Source: Desulfurococcales archaeon (GTDB lineage: Archaea; Thermoproteota; Thermoprotei_A; Sulfolobales; AG1). Taken from it: a stretch of DNA of 64,000 nucleotides. The stretch covers positions 722 through 64,721 of the forward strand of contig WANO01000038.1 of the NCBI GenBank assembly GCA_015521765.1. Direction: 5' to 3'. This document shows positions 57,973 through 64,000 of this stretch, one piece after another. The notes below the pieces were generated by a model. The model had not been told where the DNA came from, did not search any database, and was given only the letters and a program-made list of their open reading frames with translations. Position numbers and translations under genes: made by a program. The first letter of the stretch is position 1. Each line of letters opens with the position of its first letter.

Positions 57973-59427
57973 TTACTCTACGCAACACGGCATTTTTCCT
58001 ATATCTCTTATGAACGCCTGTGCTGACAGCTTTATTATTTCTGATGATGATGGGAAGATCTGGATTAGATCTGTGAGGTCCCTATAGCTATATCCATGCT
58101 TAATGGCTAATGACGCTATAGATATGAATTCCGATGCGTTTGGTGCCAGTACGTGGAATCCAAGTACTTTCTCTGTGTATGGATCTATAACCAGCTTAGC
58201 TAGCCCTCTAGGCTCGTCCAGGATACTTGATTTCGGGAGGTCGCTGAAGCTAACCAGCCTACATGAGCATGCTTTATAGATTTCCATGACCTGAGCCTCC
58301 GTTAGTCCAACATAAGCTATTTCGGGGTCCGTGAAGATCGCGATGGGAACAGTTCTATAATCTATACTTCTATCTCCGCCATCAACCATGTTCATCGCGG
58401 CTAAAGCACCTTCTCTAGCTGCGAGGGTCTCTAGAAACGCTGGCTTTGGTGTCCCTGCTACATCGCCTGCAGCATATATGTTCTGTACTGTAGTTCTGAG
58501 GTTGTGGGCGACTTTTATGAATCCTTTGCTATCTATCTCTACACCTATATAGTCCAGGTTTAATCCATCTGAGTTGGGTTTCCTCCCAGTAGCTATGAGT
58601 ATCGTGTCAACGGCAATGGTCTCAATGCCTTTAGGGGTTACTACCTTAACCTCTATGGTGTCGGCTTTTCTATCTATCTCTGAAATCCTGGATTTAAGAT
58701 AGAATCTTACGCCTTCAGACGACAATATATCTAGCGCTTCAACAGCTATATCAGGCTCTAGATTGGGTAGTGGTCTATCTAGAACCTCAACTACATACAC
58801 ATCGATACCCAGCCTCACGAATGCTTGAGCAAGCTCCAGCCCCACTGCGCCGGAGCCTACAATAAGGATTTTTGATGGTTCATAGTCGATGCCCCATATA
58901 GTGTCTGTTGTATAGTATGGAACGCTATCCAACCCCTTGATTCCTGGTATTGCTGGTCTTGAGCCTGTAGCTATAAGTATGTTTCTGCCGTAGATCTCTA
59001 GCGACCCAGGATCCTCGGATCTTTCTACCCTCACCCTGTTTCTGTCTACAAGCTTCGCATCACCAATATATAGATCTACATTTTCATACGATTCAACTAG
59101 CCTCTCATATTTATTTCCTCGAAGTTGAAGCACAATGCTCTCGATACTCTTGAAGACCTCTGATAGCTTCGGGGAAGACTCCATTCTATAGCTTATTTTC
59201 TTTCTTCTGGCTTTGCTATATAGCTTAAAGAGCTTTGCTGTCTCGATAAGAGATTTAGAGGGAACACATCCTGTATTGACACATGTACCCCCTAATGGTC
59301 TTCTAGATACCATGGCTATTTTCGAGTTCCTTTTAGTCAGCTCGGAGTATTTCACCATGGCAGAGAAGCCCGCTGCTCCACCGCCTATTATAATTAGATC
59401 ATATTGTTTTTCCATATCGCTCATCAC
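57973..59427 (-). CDS. merA: mercuric reductase-like class I pyridine-nucleotide-disulfide oxidoreductase (MerA core, no NmerA domain)
   Basis: FAD motif IIIGGGAAG, redox disulfide GGTCVNTGCVPSK, and a C-terminal vicinal Cys pair (KMPCCVE) characteristic of MerA rather than dihydrolipoamide dehydrogenase. Confidence 0.65.
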   Translation of the reverse strand: MMSDMEKQYDLIIIGGGAAGFSAMVKYSELTKRNSKIAMVSRRPLGGTCVNTGCVPSKSLIETAKLFKLYSKARRKKISYRMESSPKLSEVFKSIESIVLQLRGNKYERLVESYENVDLYIGDAKLVDRNRVRVERSEDPGSLEIYGRNILIATGSRPAIPGIKGLDSVPYYTTDTIWGIDYEPSKILIVGSGAVGLELAQAFVRLGIDVYVVEVLDRPLPNLEPDIAVEALDILSSEGVRFYLKSRISEIDRKADTIEVKVVTPKGIETIAVDTILIATGRKPNSDGLNLDYIGVEIDSKGFIKVAHNLRTTVQNIYAAGDVAGTPKPAFLETLAAREGALAAMNMVDGGDRSIDYRTVPIAIFTDPEIAYVGLTEAQVMEIYKACSCRLVSFSDLPKSSILDEPRGLAKLVIDPYTEKVLGFHVLAPNASEFISIASLAIKHGYSYRDLTDLIQIFPSSSEIIKLSAQAFIRDIGKMPCCVE

Positions 59428-59548
59428 GATCTAGATTAGGGTGGGTAAGTAATATTCTTTATAAATTAATTAACCTTAATTTTATTTTCATTTATTCAAC
59501 AATAAAAATATAGTTAATGATTCCTCGATATAAATGATGATTGATTGC

Positions 59549-59568
59549 GGGTATCTATGGGTATCTAT
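59549..59568. repeat. perfect tandem direct repeat GGGTATCTAT x2 in the merA / thioredoxin-like divergent intergenic region
   Basis: Read directly: GGGTATCTATGGGTATCTAT. Flanked by an AT-rich sequence with two TTTATAAG boxes. Confidence 0.6.
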
Positions 59569-59691
59569 AGAATATTCGTTACTATGTATACGTGTATAGT
59601 GGGCAAAATATTTAAAGTTTATAAGCCTGGTATTTATAAGTATGTTAATGAGAATATATGTTATAAAATTAAGTCTACGATGCGCTAGAAG

Positions 59692-60363
59692 ATGAGGAGC
59701 GCTGGATATATGTACAGAGATGTTAGGAGTGGTGAAAGCAATCTTCTAGGATCAGTTATCGCTGGAATATCACTATTCATAATGAGCCTAATATTCATGC
59801 TAACATACGACATGCTAACAGTCGTGCATGATACAATAACTAAACCTGTAGAGAGGAAGATTGCCGGTAGAGGAGAAACCGCTAATGAAGAGCTGTGGTC
59901 CCTTATTCTAACTACTGTTGATGGGAGAAAGGTATCTATGTCTTCCCTGAAAAACAGGATCCTTATATTCTGGCTTACAGCAACCTGGTGTGAGGAGTGT
60001 ATAGCTACTGGGAGATATATCGCTGATTTAATCGATAAGTATAGCGATCTGGATATATCTGTTATAGTTGTTGGTGTATGGACAGCTGAGGATGTTAAAG
60101 AGAATATAGGTAAGGGTATCGTTGGTGTTTATCCGCCTGATTCCTCGGTTAAGCTGAGTAAGTACATTAAGAGGCTTGGCGGCTACACATGGTATGGTGT
60201 AATGGATTATGGGAAGGAGCTTAGAAGAATTCTTGGGGTATATGAGATAAACAGTTTTGTTGTTATAGGTAGAGATGGAGAGATCATGTATAGAGGTAAG
60301 GGCATTGATGATCTTGTAGTGTTTGAATATTTAATTCTGAAGAATATAGATAAATTAAGGTAA
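59692..60363 (+). CDS. membrane-anchored thioredoxin-fold thiol:disulfide oxidoreductase (TlpA/redoxin-like)
   Basis: N-terminal TM segment. CxxC active site in the context FWLTATWCEECIA. Confidence 0.7.
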   Translation: MRSAGYMYRDVRSGESNLLGSVIAGISLFIMSLIFMLTYDMLTVVHDTITKPVERKIAGRGETANEELWSLILTTVDGRKVSMSSLKNRILIFWLTATWCEECIATGRYIADLIDKYSDLDISVIVVGVWTAEDVKENIGKGIVGVYPPDSSVKLSKYIKRLGGYTWYGVMDYGKELRRILGVYEINSFVVIGRDGEIMYRGKGIDDLVVFEYLILKNIDKLR

Positions 60364-60418
60364 GCTATTTGTCGCGTTAAGCTAACCTATAAGCTACCCA
60401 CACCTGGAGGTGGTGGTT

Positions 60419-61438
60419 ATGGCTGTTAAATGCTCTAGATGCGGTAAGCCTGCTGTTGCTGAGATCAGATATACTAGATCTAGATTATGTAGAGAGCACC
60501 TCATAGAGTTTATCGAGCGGAGATTTAGGAAAGGCAATGAGGAGTTTAAGGTGTTTAAGAATATTAGGAGAATAGTTGCGGCTGTCTCAGGTGGGAAAGA
60601 CAGTTTAGCTATGCTCTATCTACTCCATAGATTTTCTAGTGTCTATGGCTATGAGATTATTGGGTTGACTATAGATCTTGGTATAGATCGCGGTAAGGAG
60701 TACTCTACAAAAAGCGTTGAGGCTGCTGTAGAGAGCTTTAAGAAGCTGGACATAGAGTATGTGGTTGTTGACTTGAGCAGGGAGTATGGATATACTATAG
60801 ATTTCATTAGGGATAGAGGTAGGAGGCTGGGTATAAGAAGGCCCGTATGTTCTGTCTGTGGTATAACTAAGAGATATATAATGAATAGATTCGCTCTAGA
60901 GCTTGGAGCCGATGCCGTAGCTACTGGACATAATCTAAATGATCTTGCACAGTTCATATTCACCAATATGTATGGTGGGCATATAGACGAGCTAATAAAG
61001 ATGTATCCAAAGTTGCCAGGTGGTAATGGGTTTACCGCGAAGATTAAGCCTGTTTTCATGCTGTATGAGAAGGAGACAACCCTATATTCGATTCTCAATA
61101 ATATAAGGTTCCATCACGACACCTGCCCCCATCTAGAGAACGGTATAGGCGGTAGGTTCCAAACAGCCATAAGGGAGAAGCTTGAGCAACTGGAGGAGGA
61201 GTTTCCTGGATTCATGCTCAACTATGTTTTAACCTATATGAGGAGGATAAGGCCCCTTATGGTTAGTGGTTCAAGCATGGGTGGCGATGGTGATGGGGAT
61301 AGTGGTGAGAAGATTTCTGTGGGTAGATGCAGGATCTGCGGTATGCCTAGCTTAAGGGATGTATGCGCGTTCTGCAGTATTAGGAGTAGAGTCTCCTTGA
61401 AGGTTTCTGAAACTATATCTAGGTCTAGAGGTGATTAA
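60419..61438 (+). CDS. tRNA 2-thiolation PP-loop ATPase (TtuA/NcsA family)
   Basis: N-terminal Zn finger CSRCG...CREH, PP-loop AVSGGKDS, Fe-S Cys CSVCG and HDTCPH, C-terminal Zn finger CRICG...CAFC. GGAGGTG precedes the ATG at 60419. Confidence 0.8.
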   Translation: MAVKCSRCGKPAVAEIRYTRSRLCREHLIEFIERRFRKGNEEFKVFKNIRRIVAAVSGGKDSLAMLYLLHRFSSVYGYEIIGLTIDLGIDRGKEYSTKSVEAAVESFKKLDIEYVVVDLSREYGYTIDFIRDRGRRLGIRRPVCSVCGITKRYIMNRFALELGADAVATGHNLNDLAQFIFTNMYGGHIDELIKMYPKLPGGNGFTAKIKPVFMLYEKETTLYSILNNIRFHHDTCPHLENGIGGRFQTAIREKLEQLEEEFPGFMLNYVLTYMRRIRPLMVSGSSMGGDGDGDSGEKISVGRCRICGMPSLRDVCAFCSIRSRVSLKVSETISRSRGD

Positions 61439-61441
61439 TAA

Positions 61442-61651
61442 TTGAGAGTTAAGGTTAGGTTGATTCGCGAGAATCGAGTTGTTGATATTGATCTTCCTAA
61501 TGGTTCTAGAGTATCCGATCTATTGAAGAAACTCAATCTCAGATCAGTGAGCCATATAGTCATTAAGAATGGAGAACCTATACCTGAGAGCTATCAACTT
61601 GCTGATGGGGACGAGGTAGAGGTTCTTCCAGTGGTTTCTGGTGGCTTATAG
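61442..61651 (+). CDS. ThiS/MoaD/TtuB-family ubiquitin-like sulfur-carrier protein ending GG-Leu
   Basis: 69 aa. ...DGDEVEVLPVVSGGL-stop, which has beta-grasp family length and C-terminal pattern. TTG start 3 nt after the TtuA stop. Confidence 0.6.
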   Translation: MRVKVRLIRENRVVDIDLPNGSRVSDLLKKLNLRSVSHIVIKNGEPIPESYQLADGDEVEVLPVVSGGL

Positions 61652-61739
61652 GTTAGTTGAGCATCAATAAATTTATTTAAGAAATTTATTAAGTGTATAG
61701 TTAATATATTTAAATACTGAGGTGGCATGGTGATTTAAT

Positions 61740-62072
61740 ATGTCGTATGAAAGGTTAGATAAAGAATCTATAAGAAGGATCTTAAGGGAGAATAAGGTAT
61801 ATGGATGGAGATTCGGTAGAGGGAGTGTCGATAAGATCTATAAAACATATAAGTTCAAGAACTTTGTTGAAGCCGTTGAGTTCCTCAATAAGGTGAAGGA
61901 TGTAGCCGAAGAAATGGAGCATCATCCAGATATATGTATATTCAATTATAATCTAGTTAGGGTAGCGCTAATGACCCACGATATAGGAGGGTTATCCAGG
62001 TTTGATGCGGAGCTGGCCATCAAGATTGAGGAGATATATAGATCTCTAAAAAGCGCCAGTAAAGAATCCTAG
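61740..62072 (+). CDS. pterin-4-alpha-carbinolamine dehydratase (PCD/DCoH)
   Basis: YKFKNFVEAVEFLNKV...AEEMEHHPDI motif. Confidence 0.85.
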   Translation: MSYERLDKESIRRILRENKVYGWRFGRGSVDKIYKTYKFKNFVEAVEFLNKVKDVAEEMEHHPDICIFNYNLVRVALMTHDIGGLSRFDAELAIKIEEIYRSLKSASKES

Positions 62073-62884
62073 AACATTAGGGTTAAGAAGGCTTTTAATC
62101 CCTGCTCTAATGCTTCACCTATCAACGGGTATAGCGCTACTGAAATCAGCATAAAGGCTATAAATGGTATTCCCCAGCTCACGGCGATTAGAGTATTTGA
62201 ATCGATAGCCCCAGACTTAATCATTGATTCAAACTCCTTCTTATACTCCTCCGGTTCCTCATCTATAAGAAACGATGTTCTGCACTCCCAACTTACACTA
62301 CCTCCAGAAGCCGTGTCGTCAGGATTGCTTTTTGAGGTGTAGATAGGATACATGAGAGGGAAATAATGTTTCTTCGATAGGTACTTCTCTATGCTCATGA
62401 TCCTTGATGTCGATATTATGATAAATGATCTGAGTCCTGAGCCACATATCCTTCTGACCATACTGTAGTGCCTTAGATTAATTATGGTTAGGGGGATCAT
62501 AGATCCGAACACTATCGAGAGATTAGATATTAGGAGGATCATGATTGAGGGAGGGATAAGAGCATCCCTGGAAAACGGTTCAGTTATGAGTAGCGATATA
62601 GCTAGCAATGCGAAAAAATCAGCGAAACCAATGAGTCCCTGAAAAGCTAATATGGCGATCATAAGTGGAGCCAGCAGGTTTATCGCTAAATAGATCGCGT
62701 CCAGCTCACCGAAATATATTTTTACCGCTGAAATCACTATCCCGATTACGATGAACGGGATCCATAATCTTGGATCTATCTCTCTAGACTTGATATCCAT
62801 ATATGATGCCACAGACAGCATGGCTAGTGAAGCCGCGTAACCTATATAATCTATATTGTCTATTGCGATCATCAAAATCAACAC
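62069..62884 (-). CDS. A24-family prepilin/preflagellin signal peptidase (PibD/FlaK-like)
   Basis: Polytopic membrane protein. ASYMDIKSREIDPRLW (first catalytic Asp region) and GFADFFAL (second Asp). Confidence 0.75.
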   Translation of the reverse strand: MLILMIAIDNIDYIGYAASLAMLSVASYMDIKSREIDPRLWIPFIVIGIVISAVKIYFGELDAIYLAINLLAPLMIAILAFQGLIGFADFFALLAISLLITEPFSRDALIPPSIMILLISNLSIVFGSMIPLTIINLRHYSMVRRICGSGLRSFIIISTSRIMSIEKYLSKKHYFPLMYPIYTSKSNPDDTASGGSVSWECRTSFLIDEEPEEYKKEFESMIKSGAIDSNTLIAVSWGIPFIAFMLISVALYPLIGEALEQGLKAFLTLMF

Positions 62885-62962
62885 AGGGATCTAATTAAAC
62901 CAATCAGATAGACAAGTCGAAAACCGTGATTATCTGGTGCTACCTATATTATCTATCCTGAT

Positions 62963-64000
62963 CTACTCAGCTATATCGCTTATACCCTCCTCGGTAATTA
63001 TGAATACAGCCTCGCCCTCTGGTAGGTGTGGCGCATCTATAACTCTGGCGATTCTTCTATTACCTCTGCTCTTCCTTAGCTGAACCCTAACGCCTGGAGC
63101 GTGGCCGAGAACATGGCCTCCCACAGCTACTGTTGGATCTCCATAGAACACATCAGGCCTGGCCATCACCTGGTTGGTGACGACGACAGCTATATTATAT
63201 ACCTCCGCTAATGTCTGGAGTTGGTGAAGATGCTTATTGAGTTTCTGCTGTCTAACGGCTAGATTCTCTCTCCCGGGGTACTCGGCTCTGAAGTGCCCTG
63301 TAACTGAGTCCACAACCACTAGCTTTATATTTCTTTCGGGTATCATTGTTCTTAGCTCTTCCACGATCGCCATCTGGTGATCGCTGTTTATCGCCCTTAT
63401 ATAGTATATGCGATCCATGGCCTCATCCGGATCTAGACCCTTCGCCCTGCTCATCATCTCGATCCTCTCCCACCTGAATGTACCCTCAGTATCTATATAT
63501 ACGGCCGATCCGTTTAACCCTCCTTGATCTGGTGGAAGCTGGACATTCACAGATAGCTGGTGCCCAAGTTGCGTGTTGTGTAGAATTGTGGGAGCTGAAC
63601 CACCTATGAAGTTTCTGTATTTTGGAACCGTTATATCGTATACATAGCTGTTGTAGCTTATCCTATATATCGATGCTACCTTATCCCGATATATGCCTGA
63701 TTCTTGGTCATTTCTCCTGAATCTAACCACATATATTCTCTCGTCCTCTCTATATATGCCTGATATATAGCCGGCTAGATGAGCTATATAGGATAAAGCC
63801 GTAGCTTTATTGTAGCTATCTGTCGGGATCTGCCTGTCTCTTAGCTGGTATCCTGATCCTTCTATATAGCCGATCATATAGGATCTGAATACGTCAGGAT
63901 CCAATCCGAGACCGTATATGGAGTCAGCGACATACCTACCTTCTGAAGCGATCATGAATCCTCTGGAATATGCATGATTATAGATCATAGACTTCTCAGT
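62963..64000 (-). CDS. radA: DNA repair and recombination protein RadA, interrupted by an intein (N-terminus lies beyond the window end)
   Basis: The C-extein is [14 protein letters not shown]...YIDTEGTF...LVVVDSV...VVVTNQV...GGHVLGHA. It is preceded in frame by intein sequence ending ILHN. The frame is open to nt 64000. Confidence 0.9.
   Translation of the reverse strand, partial: TEKSMIYNHAYSRGFMIASEGRYVADSIYGLGLDPDVFRSYMIGYIEGSGYQLRDRQIPTDSYNKATALSYIAHLAGYISGIYREDERIYVVRFRRNDQESGIYRDKVASIYRISYNSYVYDITVPKYRNFIGGSAPTILHNTQLGHQLSVNVQLPPDQGGLNGSAVYIDTEGTFRWERIEMMSRAKGLDPDEAMDRIYYIRAINSDHQMAIVEELRTMIPERNIKLVVVDSVTGHFRAEYPGRENLAVRQQKLNKHLHQLQTLAEVYNIAVVVTNQVMARPDVFYGDPTVAVGGHVLGHAPGVRVQLRKSRGNRRIARVIDAPHLPEGEAVFIITEEGISDIAE
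63575..64000 (-). mobile_element. intein (C-terminal portion, with LAGLIDADG-like block) inserted in the RadA P-loop
   Basis: Terminal His-Asn (codons at 63580-63575) is followed by +1 Thr of the Walker A 'GKT'. '[11 protein letters not shown]' resembles a LAGLIDADG homing-endonuclease block. Confidence 0.8.

Noticed and set aside
59534-59540. ATGATGA C-box-like heptamer in the merA intergenic region
   Set aside because: No D box (CTGA) occurs within about 70 nt on that strand.
59428-59691. AT-rich 264-nt region as a possible replication origin
   Set aside because: It has no ORB or mini-ORB-like repeats and no adjacent cdc6/orc1 gene. A divergent promoter region explains it better.
1-64000. 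CRISPR arrays, rRNA genes, IS elements or transposases
   Set aside because: Reading the intergenic regions showed no regularly spaced repeats, no rRNA-like sequence and no transposase or integrase-like ORFs. The only tandem repeats are the 21-bp coding repeat at 37307-37390 and the 10-bp doublet at 59549-59568.

Overview
The window is a gene-dense archaeal chromosome segment, most likely from a (hyper)thermophilic crenarchaeote of Thermoproteales or Desulfurococcales type. The archaeal markers are ribosomal protein L7Ae, TFS, deoxyhypusine synthase, CDP-archaeol synthase, a PibD-type prepilin peptidase, archaeal CobY/CbiZ/UPF0284-CobT, an intein-containing RadA and an intron-containing tRNA. 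I saw no rRNA, CRISPR array, transposase or integrase.

The content falls into six groups.
1. Translation and tRNA modification: three tRNAs, L7Ae, Sua5, deoxyhypusine synthase, a GAT-QueC fusion with QueE, and TtuA/NcsA with an adjacent ubiquitin-like sulfur carrier. An E1-like ThiF enzyme lies elsewhere in the window.
2. Peptide uptake and degradation: two oligopeptide-type ABC modules, four S9 prolyl-oligopeptidase-family peptidases that form two paralogue pairs, an M29 aminopeptidase and a hydantoinase/oxoprolinase A/B pair.
3. A contiguous cobamide salvage and nucleotide-loop assembly cluster: cobT(arch)-cbiZ-cobY-cobD-cobS-cbiB.
4. A MerA-like reductase divergent from a membrane thioredoxin-like protein.
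5. Cell-envelope genes: UppP, a GlmU-like enzyme, and an alkaline phosphatase with a dockerin-like tail.
6. Several uncharacterised proteins.

The most notable observations made directly from the sequence are these:
- A tRNA-Asp(GUC) is split by two introns whose bulge-helix-bulge motifs are mutually exclusive, which implies ordered splicing.
- RadA carries an intein in its P-loop.
- The conserved N-terminus of CobS is encoded in frame but has no ATG/GTG/TTG start, and its frame opens inside the cobD 3' end.
- The TtuB-like ubiquitin-like protein ends GG-Leu rather than GG.
- Neither ABC peptide module has an ATPase gene, and one also lacks a binding protein. Each sits beside a cytoplasmic S9 peptidase.
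- A 1059-aa substrate-binding protein has a coiled-coil stalk built on 21-bp repeats.

All functional calls come from motif recognition by eye. No database search was run.
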